A stretch of 62,044 nucleotides of DNA, filler included, from Bipalium vagum (GCA_037834085.1; 3 parts of 3 records of this genome joined end to end with filler, not necessarily neighbours in it); one strand, 5' to 3'. Positions 26,282-39,971 are shown, numbered from the whole stretch's first letter. Numbers and translations are program-made. The notes: generated by a model from the sequence alone, not told the origin.

Positions 26282-27334
26282 TTTAAAAAATATCTATGTA
26301 CATATATATTTAAACAAAGTAATGTTTACATTAAGTATTAAAAATATGTATGACCGAAATAATAGACCAATCTTATTATATTTTTCATACAAGTACCGAA
26401 TAAGAATTTATAATTATTTTAATTTGAATCACAAAAATTTGATGGAAGAGGTAAAGCAATTCATTTAAGTATCAATTATAAATTTTAAAGGAAAACAAGC
26501 AAATATCTCATACAAAGAAACAAATCAAACACTATAGACAAAAATATTCTATGGTAACTGGATAAAAACATTGAAATGAAAATTTTATATTTTAAGAAAT
26601 AATATCATCAATCAAAAAAGAGCAGCAACAAGTCTATAGGGTCCTTATAAGGGTCCCCACTATATACAGGTTGGGAACCATTGTCCTAAATCATTTAAAT
26701 ATATATTTATAATTATATATTTCTTTACATACATTGTACTTAATAACTTCTTATTACTTCACTTTCAACGAAAAAGAACCGATCCTGAAGACTCACCGAT
26801 GAACAGTATAAATCTATTGAATACATCATAAATATTGGATCTGAATCGCAGTGTTTTCATTCAGAGCAGATAATCGCTCTAGTATAATATGTTCAAGATA
26901 AAACCCTCTACAGAATATCTCCGCTTAGAGATAAAATGCATCTGGATACCGATGAATTTTTCATATCTTCAAAAAGATTTTACACTAAAGAGAATGGTTA
27001 TGATTACTGATGCTTAAAAATTCTTCCCAGGCTATCGATTGAATAAACGGTCACATCTTACTGCTCTCAACAAGTTCCAAAGTCCTTACTTTGCTAGCTT
27101 TTCGTATTTAACCAAAAAATAGGCAGAAATATCTATAAATTTAGTTGAAAATATAATATAAAAACATAATCTAAAGAATGGCTGAAATCTTATATCGCAA
27201 AGCGAGATACAATATTGATGGGTTATGGAGCAATAATAATGATGATAATAATAGTGGTGGTGGTAATTGTAATAATATTAAAAATAATAATTAATTATAA
27301 TAATAAAAATAATTATATTATTTGGTTTTGCAAT

Positions 27335-27366
<32 letters not shown>

Positions 27367-27434
27367 TTTTAATTAATAATTATAATAAGAATTTTTTTAA
27401 ATTAATAATAAAAAATATTTTTTTAAACAAAATT

Positions 27435-28150
27435 TGCGCAAGAAAAATCCCACCGTGGGATTTTCGGCAGATTAGCTAAGGGATTCCCTGACAGGATTCC
27501 ATTAGCCTTGATGAAACTATCTCGGCGTAGAGATAGTTAATGGCTATTAAGGAAAATAGCCTTCTCTAAGCGTAGGCATTGGTGATCGTTGACCAATCTC
27601 TACGACTATAAAAAGAGACTGCTATTCCCGTCAATTTGCCAAAAAAAATTCAAGGATCAATACAGAAATCAATTCAGGAATCAATTTCGAGACAAATGTA
27701 ATTATATCTGGTTTTCCTCCTAGTGGATATGCCAACGCAGAAGGATTTAACAAGGGAAACCCTAGATGATCTGAGAAGGATCTAGAGGGTGACTCAAAGA
27801 CCCCTTGTCGTTCTTGGTTCATTTACATATTTTGTTTTCGTTTTTAAATTATCATTATTAATTATTGATTTGATTATATTTCTCTTTATTATTAACGTTG
27901 TCATTGAACTTGAAACATTATTTCATTTCACTCGTTGATAGATTTTCAGTTTTGATTTGAATTGATTTTGAAGTTGTAATTGTTGTGATAGAGCGAATAA
28001 ATTTTTATTTCAAGTATTTTGATTCAGGTCTTAGGGATGCGGATACGGTATTGTGGTGGGTGTTTTGATTTGAAAAGGTTTAGAGGAATTACGGACACAA
28101 CAATTTATAAAAAGTGAGGAGTCACGAGCACACGACCACACGTTACTACG
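27435..28150 (+). repeat. Unclassified non-coding (solo-LTR-like) repeat, copy A
   Basis: Shares three colinear blocks with 48449-49010 (opposite strand); structured 5' module and TATAAAAAG at 27607-27615. Confidence 0.55.
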
Positions 28151-28658
28151 TTTAAGTATAATAGTAACAATATTTTGATATAGTAAAATATTTACATATA
28201 AAAATAAATTTTATAGAGGATAAGAATGAAAATGGACAAAAGAAATATTTATAATTTTTAAAAAATTTAATCCTAAATGAATTAATTGATTTGGATGATG
28301 AAAAAATTTTTGCAAATTCAGTTCTTCATCCTACTCGAATTAAAGAACACAAAATACAATACCTGTGAATCAAGAAAAAAGAGTAAACTTATTAATAATG
28401 AGTTATTAGATCCTAGACTATTGGAGTAAATAATCCAATCCCTTGCATTTAATTTTACTTAAGTGATTATAAACTGCTAATTAGAAATCGAAGTAAACTT
28501 TTTAATCAAAGAGTTATTTTTAATTATTCGACAATCGGCTCACTTACAAGCAGTGTCAGACTATATTTATTGTTATTATCATTTACTTAAATATTAAAGT
28601 TTAGTAAGATTTGATATTAAATCTCTTAAGCGATACAAAAATAACTATTTAATTAGAT

Positions 28659-28949
28659 TAGGCATGTCAAACATTAGGCTCATTGCAAGTATACTTGCGG
28701 CCCCACAGACGACTTACAACCATTTTGAAAAAATCAGAGAGACAAAGAAAAAGAGCAATATATGAGGCGTTTTCTTATATCTAGGGAAAGCTTGCCTAAT
28801 AGTATCACTTCTAAATGAAATCTTACATTTTCCAAATCTTAAGTGAACAAAAATGAAAAATATAATAATAAAATTGTAAAAGTAGGGCCATCATGATACC
28901 ACAAACTGATTCCTATGGTCCTCGTGGGAATCTGAGTTTGACATGCCTG
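28659..28949. mobile_element. hAT (Charlie-like) MITE, 291 bp
   Basis: 14-bp TIR (T/C)AGGCATGTCAAAC; 8-bp flanks AATTAGAT / ACTTAGAT (7 of 8 identical TSD). Confidence 0.82.
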
Positions 28950-29928
28950 ACTTAGATGATCACTTGAATTAACGACTATTTTCTTGTTACGTAATTTTTC
29001 TGTTAAAGCTTCTTTAATCGTCTGATGTCTGTATTTATTGGTTCTCGTTTTTACTGTAATCCTTGTAATTTTTTTGAATCAACTGTATTCCTTTTGAGTC
29101 CACTTTTAGTGATGTTTGCGTTTTTTTATTATGAAATGCTTAACGAAAACGCGATATATCAAGATATGTATATCGTATTTTTTGAGAGAGACTTCCACAA
29201 ATAAATTTGTATAACGCATAAAACTGTGCATATATAATAAAAATTTCTTTAGTGTATGAAAAAATTTTCAATATTAAAATCTAGCTTTGTTTTTAATATG
29301 AAATTAGAAGTACAAATATTATAAGTTTTCATATTTATGTTTAAACAAATAAATGAAATATACATTATAAATGAATATAGAATTTTTATCCATTACAAAT
29401 ATAACCTTCAACAATTATACTAAGTGTATCAAAAAATATTACCAACAGTATATTCATATTATTTTTGCATTTTCTATATAAGCTTAATGTTACTATTATT
29501 AGATTTTACTTAGAAATTATTCAGTATAAATTTAATTTTAGTAACTTTATGTTACTGATTGATTTTTTTAATCTTCAAAATGATTATTTTTAAATTAATT
29601 ATTATAATACTTTTATATTTAATAATGTTGGGTTCTAATATTATTAATGATTTTTTTCAAAAAGCCATGGGGATTTGATACATTAGGTTAATAAGTTTTT
29701 TGACAATCGTGTGGACATAGGTTTCAATCGGAATATATATATCAGCGTGGAGATTGAGTTTGAATAATGGCTATTAGAGAAAATAATCGTCCCTAACCTA
29801 ACCTTTTTACTATTTCATTTTTTACTTAAATTTATATTCCTGAATCTCAAATTTTTACTTATACCTTTAATTTTTTTCTAAAATATTATAACCACATCAA
29901 TTTATATTTAATAAAAAGGGCTTAATCA

Positions 29929-30415
29929 CTGATAGAGAATAAAAGCCGTTATATTTTTCTCATTGATATCAAATGTCCGATGGATATCCTGGAAAATTTC
30001 AGGAATTCAGATGAAGACAGTTTAGCTAAATATGCAGATCTTTGTAATCGACTTCAGATGTTGAAGCCTGATTACAAAGTTGTACTGCAGACATGCATAA
30101 TTGGGTCCCTAGGAACAGTACCACCAAAAACAGTTGATGTATTGGAGAAAATCGGTGTACGGAGGTAAAAAATTGGTCCACTTCTCAAGGAATGTGCAGC
30201 TTCAAATATTGAATACTCGGCAAAGATTTGGCAGTACCATGTTACAGGAATCCTGAAATCTATCTAGAAATGTGATATTCCCCGATGTCGACAAAGCTGA
30301 GCGAAGAAGGCTGAAGCAAAATTTCACAAAAGTGAAGAGCTCATCTGACAAAAATCCATGTAGATCTACTGTATCCTGAAGAAAAAACTCAAAATTATTT
30401 TTATTAAATAAATGT
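29929..30415 (+). mobile_element. 3' fragment of an RLE-encoding non-LTR retrotransposon (NeSL/R5-like)
   Basis: LIDIKCP...AKYADL...IIGSLGTVP...LEKIGV..*...YSAKIWQYHVTG (29929-30267) is the restriction-like endonuclease C-terminus; one in-frame TAA; short 3' UTR ending near AATAAA. Confidence 0.82.
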
Positions 30416-31349
30416 TATATATAAATAGTTAAACAAGGCAGTTAGACAACACATGGGTATTTCTGTAAGTCATAAAAAATCGCTTCTTTTCGGTACAAAA
30501 AACATTGTCCAAAATCTTTGGTAGTTTTATTTATGGGGATTGTTTTACTTTTGTTAGGATTTTTTTCTTTTAAATGTTCATTTTTCAATCCGAAATATTC
30601 TCCAATGATGAAAAGGTTTTCAATAGTTTGTTGCCTCTTTATACAGAAATTTTGCAATCAACCTCAAAAAAGAAAAATATTAATGTCAATAATTGCTGTT
30701 TGTAACAAGGCCCGGATATTTATTAAAATAGTTTTAAAAGATTAAATAGGAAAAGTACACTTTACCGAACTTTCTTTTTTATTTTTATTGTTTTTCCCGT
30801 AACCTAATGGTAGAAAAAGACTGAAAGAAGAAAAAAATGTATATGAAAATATTTTTTAAAAAATCTTTTTTTTTCATTTTTAGTGGGGATAAAAATAAGT
30901 AATGATAAAAGAAATATTACACAACTAAATTTCTTTTGGACATTATTTTCTATTTACTGATAATTATTCATCTTGATAATTATCTAATCCAATGACCCTG
31001 CTTCTCTTCTGAAACATACATTTGTCCAATTTTTTTTGTTTACCTTATTAGCTATCCTAATAGAGGATTGGAAAATAAGTTCTGTCCGCAAAATATGTAT
31101 TAGATAAAATATTGTACAACATCAGAATATAAGGTAAATAACGTGATAAGTTCTGCCATAAATCTTGTAATTCGATTGATTAGTAATATGAAATCGATTA
31201 TTTTGCTCTGATTTTTATTTTTGTAAGTTATAATACTTTTAATTGTAGTAATGAGATTTATCAAATATTTACGAGATTTATTTTTGTTGGAAAGATAACA
31301 TGAATTCTGCTGAAATTATGACTAAGATTAATATGGGTGCTTGAAAGTG

Positions 31350-31570
31350 AAATGGTTAATGAATGAATATTAAAGAGATGGATACCAATGTTTAAACATG
31401 ATGGTAACAATCAAACTTTTTATTGTTAGCATGATAATGCGAAATGATATGTAGTCCGACAATCCCTCCTAAATATTTTCACACTTGATTCTACTATAGT
31501 TCCTCACTTCTATACTCTTCAGACCTGTGACTGTCTGCTTTTATTTGTTCTCCTCACAACATAATCGTTT
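31350..31570 (+). mobile_element. Mariner catalytic-domain relic
   Basis: LL*HDNAK...PH..YSSDL...FYLFSS across frameshifts. Confidence 0.55.
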
Positions 31571-31619
31571 AAGGCCAGATGAAATTCATTTTTTGGTTTT
31601 AGTAACTTCAGATAAATAG

Positions 31620-31890
31620 TACAACATTGTTTTGATGCTCACACCAAATCTTGTTGCCAATTCTGACGAAGATTGGAATGAACTCATTTTAAGCCATGCT
31701 TCAATTCATTATTATTAGCCTTTATCTCAGGTTAGCCTAGTGGGTGATGAATAAGATAAATTTTCTCCAAACGGAAACGACTACACCTATTGACCTTTAT
31801 ATTTGTTGATCATTTTCCATCCAAACATTTATGTTTCCAAGGCGGAACTCATTCAAAAATGCTTCTTAATTTATAATTTTCCATATTCAG
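31620..31890 (-). mobile_element. Mariner N-terminal relic (very degraded)
   Basis: Minus-strand fragments YEFRLG..., SSSELATRFGVSIKTML. Confidence 0.45.
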
Positions 31891-33614
31891 CTAAAAAGAC
31901 GATTTAATTCAGATAAACAAAGAAAATATTTTAAATGAAAATTAATATGAAATAATAATTATTAATGATGTGTTCATAAAATTAAACCATAAATAATACG
32001 GTAGCTTAACAATTGATTTTGTAATATGCGAGAGAAATGCTGAGTTTAATAAACGCAATTTCGAAGGCAAACATCTATTAATTATAATTAATAATAATAA
32101 TTACAGTACCTGGCTATTGAAATAGATTAGAGTATTATTTTACAAACAATGGGGTAACCATAAAGCATAAGTTAACGTCGGCCATGATAAAGAAGACACT
32201 AGCTTGGGGACTGAAATACAAACACTACGGAGACACACTTTGGTCAAAAGTAAATAAAAATTTATTTTTACAAAACGATTTTCATTAAATCGGTTTAATT
32301 TCTTACGATTGAAAAAAAATTTCTTTGTTGTTTGAGTCTATTTCCTGTGGCCAGGTTCTGTAATAATAATATTTAAATTTATCCAAATATTAAGATTCGG
32401 TATTACTATATTTTTGAATAATAATTAATCTATAATAATAGGTAAATGGCACATAATTCTTATTTATTTAAAAACATTTTACCTAGATGGACCATAAATT
32501 TTAAAATATTAATCAATTAAATAAATAATAAAGTGAAAATAAAAATGAAAAATAGATAATTAATACTTGAATATAAATTATTAAACATAGTGAAATCAAA
32601 ATAGAAGATCCACAGTAAGTAACCAATGTGTATATTACCAGGACGATATGAAAGGAAGAAGAAGGATATGTCAGAAATAAATTAAAAATCTCTTCGTAAA
32701 GCGAAAAGAGACAAGTTTATAAAGCATTGTTTCAAAAAACAATATCAGTGTGAAATGTAGGTTTCTGACGAACAGAAGATATGTATCCTGTTGAGAGATG
32801 ATCAAAGCTAAAGACAGAGATCTTTTCCTTTGAATGAAACAGCTGAGTCGAATAGTGAAATAATGATGAAATTACGGATGGATAAAAACATCTTAGTGAC
32901 AATAAAGATAAAAGATATCTGCAAAATATATAATAAAAAAGGAAAAAATATATAAAATCGATAAATATTTATAAAAAGAAATCATATAAAACAAAAACAA
33001 AAACAAAAACAAAAATGGCCTTGAAAATTGAAATGATTGGTTGGGTGTTCATAATTTCTAAATCGAGGAAAGGTTTTTTGTTTAAATAGGCTAACATTAT
33101 TGGAAAATAAAATATTATAATTTTTTAAAAAGGTAAATAAAAGTATTAGGAAATAAATAAATGTCATTAGTGAAATTCTGATTAAAATAATTATACCAAT
33201 TCAATCAATTTTGTAACCTCTTAAAAATAATTTACTTTAAAAGTTTGTTGTTTTAATTCTAATTGAAAATTATTTTTTTTAGATTTAGTACTTCGAGTAT
33301 TTTTATTTGAAAATAATGAATGCATTCTTTGATTAATAAAAAAAATATAAAAAGTATTTTTATAAAAGATAATAAATAAAATATATTAAATAATTAATAA
33401 ATTTATTTTTCACTCTAAATTTTATATTTATATTAATCAATATTTATTGTAATATCCATATAGGTTTTGGATCATAATTTATAATTGACCAATGGTTATA
33501 TCATTATATGTTATTGTTCACAATATTTATCCCATCACTTTTAATTGAACATAGGAATCATCAAACGGGAATTGATATTTTAATTACATCATTTTTAATT
33601 GACCATAAATTTTA

Positions 33615-33937
33615 TGCAATAATTGGTCATTCGACTTGAGGTCTTGAGCCAGCTTTATCTTATATGAATATAAGCCTATGTCATCTTGAAAGATTCACCA
33701 CAATAATGTTAGGGAGACCTGTAATTCCTGAGAGCGGCATCAAATCGATTCATTTGGAATGGTAACATTCATAAGAGAAATGTCGAACTTTTGCATCAGA
33801 CATTTCACTGTTCTTGTAGTCGGATAATTATAACTGCCGAAATCTGTTTTAATACGCGTAACGTTCCCACCATGAACGGGTCTGTGATAATAAATTTGAT
33901 TTTTCTGCAATCCTTGTTCATTTGTACATTGATGCAT
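33615..33937 (-). mobile_element. DD41D (rosa-like, DUF4817 HTH) transposase N-terminal relic
   Basis: MHQCTNEQGLQ..IYY...YNYPTTRTVKCLMQKF...SI*CRSQELQVS..LLW*IFQDDIGLYSYKIKLAQDLKSND. Confidence 0.72.
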
Positions 33938-36900
33938 ATTTAAAATGGCGACAATTAATAAATGTAAACACGGAAATTTTAAAAAACTGAAATTTACTGT
34001 AAGGTTTATATTCAACATAGAAAGTACGTGGGGCACACTTTACTTCCTGAACGAACAACTCTGAATTATAATAGATAATATTTTTAAAACTTCTTTTCGA
34101 ATATATTGATATAACCTTTTATGGGGCTTTGACAATAATCGACTATGTACAAATCCCAATATTGTTTGATTGGTACTAGACCTCTGTGCGCCTTGGATTT
34201 TTGGTTAACCACATTTTACTAAATAAGTAAATATAAAAAATTAAATATTTAAATATTACTATAAAATATAATAATAAATTAAATTATTATTAATGGTTTC
34301 GTATATATAAATTTATAAAATATGACAATAAAACAAATAAATCTGAAATTGATTTGTTTAAATCCAAATTGAGCTCAATTATAGATTTTTCATTTTTCTG
34401 TTTTAATTATTATACGAAAAAAAAATCAAATATAATTCTTATTTATTATTTATTTCAAACTGAAATTTTACAATTAATGCAAAACCAATATTGATTAAAT
34501 TATTAGAAAAAAAACTTTACTAATTAAAACAAAATTAATAAGTGAAATTTAGAAAGTAAATAAAAATTAATCTCTTGTTTAAATTGAGATTTAGAGATAA
34601 GCACGGCAAATTAAATTATTTATAGAAATATTGATTTTTCTTTGAAAATTTTGAAAGAGGATAGCGGGAATTTGTTAACATCTCAACGTTGTGAAAACGT
34701 AAAAAAACAAGTCTTTTTATGGTGGTATGCTGAGAAAATTGAGCTCAGATTTTGCGATAAATTTCTTTTGCAACGCATCATCATTTCTCCTTCGAATTTC
34801 AAAAGATACAAGTGATGAATGCATCTGTATTTAATTTGTTTTAATTTGTAAAAAGAATAATGAAACAAAAGTTGAATGCTGCAACTATAATTCTTTGAAA
34901 ATTGTTTTCTTAAGAAATAAATTTCCGTTTTCCGAAGAAAACATAGCTGGCATAAATGTGAATGCAAAAATGATAAAATAAACAAAACAATCATTACAAA
35001 AAATAAACAAATAAAAAACAATAACATTTTTTTTCATTTTGATTTTTGTGAAAATATTTTGTTTATAATAAGAAAATGAAGTCCGGGTTTTTATGTTTTG
35101 ATTTCTGAGCTGGAATGGTGTGACAATAATTCGGGGTTTCAGTTAAAATTCTACTTAAATTTTTATATAAAAATATTTATTGGTTTTGTTTTAATGGAGC
35201 TAAAGAATCATAAGATTAACATCTTCAATAAAAGAAATTATTTTCTAAGTTAAATGGACTTGATTAATCTCGTAAGATTTAATTTTTATGTAAGTAAAAG
35301 AATGTTCGGAAGATCCATTTCAAAGTCCAACTCTCTTTAGAGAATCTTAATAAGATGAATTGTAAAGATTACATAAAGAAAGGTAAAGAAAAAACTTGGT
35401 TTTTCAATAGGCTATTCATATTCTCATCAGCCAATCAGATCACAGTAATTTATTTAAACAAAAATATTAATTCATAAATCATTTACTCCACAAAGGTATA
35501 GTTTAAAACAATTTCCTGTTATACATTTCTGAGAAAGTGAAAGACTTTAATTATATTCATCTGCACTATTCAATCAATCATTTTCCATAATAATTTTATT
35601 AAATATAGTGAATATTTTGAAATACAATTGTTATGAAAAATAAATAATGTCTTAATTTGAGAAAAACTTTTTTTTAATACTGATATTATCATTTAAGATT
35701 TTTAAAAATATTTTAATAAAAAAATATTTTTTTTATATCAGAAAATAATTGGTAATAATTATTTTTCGTAATTAAAATCATTTAAAAAAATATTATTAAA
35801 ACAACAGAGACATTTGTTTAAATTTTATCCACATTTAATTGTATTCAAAATTAAACAGATAACAAATAAGACGTCTTATGTTATATATTTTATCATTCAC
35901 TTCTTTTCAATTATTTATTTATTCATTTCGTATAAAATAAAAAATAAAAAAATTATATAAATAAAAATATATAAATTAAATATTTAAAATATATAATAAA
36001 TAATATATAAATAAAAATTATATTTTAATGATATAATACACATTTGATATCAATATTGAACAGATAATAATCATTTCTTTATATTAAAATCTACTAAATT
36101 TTTATCAAGCATTATTGTTATGCTCATAGAATAAAATAATTAATTAATAATAATTAATTAAGTACTTGAGGGTAAAAACAGTTCAATTAAATAATATTTT
36201 TAAAATCTTAAAATTAAGTAAAAATGATTTTATTTTTCAGTCTTTTCAAAACAAAAAGTATAAATAGTTATATAAAAAAGATTCGGGCGTTAACCATACT
36301 TGTTTACACAAAAAATGAAGGAGTCAAATGCTTTGGGTTGCAAATCACAAAAAAATTAATAATATAAAACGATGAAATGCAACACTTGTGAAATTAACAT
36401 TATTAATTATAATTAAAATAATCTAAATAAAATAAATATGAAATTATTTTTTTAATATTTTATATTATGAATAACTTTTTATATTTTTATATTATATTCT
36501 ATTTATTTATATTCTATNNNNNNNNNNNNNNNNNNNNNNNNNNNNNNNNNNNNNNNNNNNNNNNNNNNNNNNNNNNNNNNNNNNNNNNNNNNNNNNNNNN
36601 NNNNNNNNNNNNNNNNNNNNNNNNNNNNNNNNNNNNNNNNNNNNNNNNNNNNNNNNNNNNNNNNNNNNNNNNNNNNNNNNNNNNNNTTTATATAATATTT
36701 TTTTATTTCCATTATATTTAATATTTTTAATATTTATTTGTATTAGTTTCTGCTACGTTACCGGCAATTTCTAAAAACAAAAAGTACAATGTTTTTTCGA
36801 TGAAAATAAATAAATAATTTTTAATTTTTATTATTATATATTTAAACAAATTAATGACCTATATTTTGTATTAATTAATTTAATTATTTTTTTTTAAATA

Positions 36901-38324
36901 AAAATTTTAATTTATTGAAATTATTTTAAAAATTTATATTACGCTAAGGATTTAATTTTAATATATTACTTTAAAATTTATTCATAAAATATTTATAATT
37001 TATTTTTTATTATTTAATATAAATTAAGCACTATTCTTTACAATTTGTTTTTAATTTTTTCGAGAACATTTTAAAAGTTATTTATTTATTTTAAACAAAC
37101 TTCGATTGTTGTTTTTAATTTTGTTTGAAATGTCAATAAAATTTACAATTAAATCGAAATATTATTTGTCAATATTTATTGTATAATCTTGAAATAAAAC
37201 CAGAATTAATTTAAAAATTTTATGGCCTGTGAAACTGATATTTTTATTTTTAATTTTAAAAAAAAATAAAATAAAAAGTAAAATTTAATTAATTAAAAAA
37301 TTTTAATTTAAAATATTACTAAATATCGTACTTTTAAACAGTACGGCTTCCAATGTTTATGAGTTATTATAATTATTTTAAACTTTACAAAATTAGAATA
37401 TTTAAAATAAAATAAGCGTAAATATTAAAAAAATTTGAAGTTATTTTTTACATACAAGTTTTTAAAGACGATTGATCAGATAATTAAAAAATAAAAAAAT
37501 CAATAGTAATGGAATAATTAAAACAATATTGATTAATAACAGAAATAAATATTTATTAAAACAAAAAACATAATTAATGAAAACATTATCTCCATTTTGA
37601 TTAACTCTGAATTCCCTTTCTCCATTGATCCCTCAAAGATTTTTGTAAAATTACATGTCCAGTATTCCTTTGAACCTTTCAATATTTTTTTACAAATAAA
37701 TTGTTTTATTCAGTATTTTCTTAATTCATACTAAAAAATATGTAAACTTAAAAGTTAATTTTTACAAATAACATAAATGAACTAAGATCTCTTTTCAGAA
37801 AGAATTAATGAACTGGAATTATTTGAAATATTTTTAACAAATTTCCAACATGACAATGTCTCACTGAAATATTCCATTATTTTACCATGGCCTCTTACCC
37901 TTTGTTTTTATTTTTGTAAAGCTTTACCGTGCCATCTACAATATTACTCTTGTATATTACACATGTATACATTAAATCATCAAATTTCTTAAGATTCTTT
38001 ACTGGGGGTGAATGTTTTGTAAAATAGCTTCAGATCGAGTTCGGACCAATCTTTCGGATATTTGAAATGCAAATGTTGATGGAAATTCTCTGGGTCAGGA
38101 AATACTTTTTCCACACAGTCATACTTTCAGTAGGAATCTCTACAGATATCTGAGATAAGGTATAGTTTGAATTATAAATTTGCTCTAGTCTCTCATCTAG
38201 ATACACATCTAAGATAGTGCAGGTGTGAATTATAATTGAGAATTCATGAAACCGGGCTTAACTATTATTATATTATAACTTATCAATATAAATAAAATTA
38301 TAATTATATAATTATAAATAGTCT

Positions 38325-38490
38325 TTAACAAACTGAACAAAATGATTCAAAAGCTTAAAGAAGAACAGTCAATAGATCAATTACTATCCTATTACATAAT
38401 ACAGATAGACCACACACTGCACAAATGACTGTTGCAAAACTTCAGTATGTAGAACGTGAACTTCTTAATCATCCTTCATACTCATCAGTA
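38325..38490 (+). mobile_element. Mariner catalytic-domain relic
   Basis: ILLHN..RPHTAQMTVAKLQYVERELLNHPSYSS. Confidence 0.65.
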
Positions 38491-39689
38491 TCTTTATTTT
38501 CATTTGATAACATTAAAATTGATTTTTTTTCATTACTATTTTAAAGTTTTCAAACACAGATCTAATATTAAATTGAAACCTAGCTCAGATTTTTAGACTT
38601 TTCATCAACTATATTGTTTGACTATCCAGAAAGCCATAAATCATGAAGAGGATAAAAATTCAGTACTGAACTCCATAATTTCTAAAATTGTCATAGTAAC
38701 TTCTGAGCATAATGCAAAACATATTTTGGCGATTTCTATTTTGTTATTTTCTATGTTTTTTCTTCGTCAACATACAAATAGTTATACTTCACATGAATTT
38801 TGAAATTATGCTCATTATTTGAAATTATATTCAATTTATGATTTAATTGATTAAAACAAGTTTTATATATACTCATTTTCAATAAAAGTGCATAATTAAA
38901 ACTGAACCATATTTTCGATATTTTAATCTATACAATACCTTAAGAGTACCAAGAGAACAACGCAGCTGAAGATACATGATATCCCACAAATGTTCAATAT
39001 GAAATAAATATAAAATAAATAAAATGATCAAGTTATTGTTTCCACTTCTGATTCTTACATAAACTTTGGTTTTATACTGGTGGCATGTAGTCTCAAAATG
39101 TCTTTTAGAAAACTACTTAACGGAAATTAATCAATTTTATTAATGATAATTTTAAGGGTCTTAGAATTTCGTTGATGTTTGGAAAAATATTTAAATTATT
39201 CCTGATAAGTTCAAGTGATAACAAGATTCGAAACCCGTAAAATTGTGAAACACGTTCTTCCCAAAAATCTGGGAATTTCTGTGAAACTTATTTCATTTTC
39301 ATGAAGTCTTACTATTTGACTACTTTCAAAGAGATTGAATGTAATTTGTTTCCTTATTCCATTCATATTGCTCAACGTACTATAAGTACTTCTTATCAGT
39401 AATTATATGCTTATCTATTTAAATGATGAACATACGCAGATTTGGATATCTGAATAAATTATATTGATTAAACAACCCACACAATAATGCTGATGGAATT
39501 CATTAAAATAACCCAAATTTTTAAATGAATAAAACTAAATAAGTCTAAAAAGTCTGAAAACTTAAACTTCTGGAAATAGAATTTTTCATACGAAATGATA
39601 AAAATAAAGTAACAAGATTTACAATATAATAATCTGAAGAATAATGGAAATCTATTGCATAAACACAATGGATCTATTGTGATTCAACT

Positions 39690-39870
39690 CATAATACGAA
39701 CATCAACCTGCAACAACTCATGACTCACAAATTAACAGATCCAGATTTCCAAACTAAGAAACGCTTTGACTTTCAGATGATATGCTAGCCTTCTTAACAG
39801 CTCAGAAAGGTGTCGTTTCATGACAAGACAAATTTACAGGCATAAAAGAAATTATAAATACCACAGTTAA
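39690..39870 (+). mobile_element. Possible non-LTR RT relic
   Basis: ALTFSDDMLA-like motif across a frameshift; weak. Confidence 0.3.
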
Positions 39871-39971
39871 TTCAAATTTCAACTAGCATTTTCGAATATT
39901 TTTTGTAATACACGTACAGTACAATACATTTTTTTCTGTACTCTACGATAATTAATTTCATAATATAACTA

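Noticed and set aside
26670-26683. hAT-like TIR GGTTGGGAACCATTG
   Set aside because: No partner TIR or TSD found.
27505-27546. Hammerhead, SECIS or box C/D in TTGATGA-stem
   Set aside because: No CUGA core or GAAA after the stem; no 3' GA quartet or apical AA; CTGA lies upstream rather than downstream of the C-box-like motif.
27631-27822. 63-aa ORF similar to a peptide at 48750
   Set aside because: Similarity follows the nucleotide repeat; a 17-nt indel shifts the frame between copies.
30442-30803. Minus-strand exon pair
   Set aside because: Splice sites exist but I could not join them in a consistent, recognisable frame.
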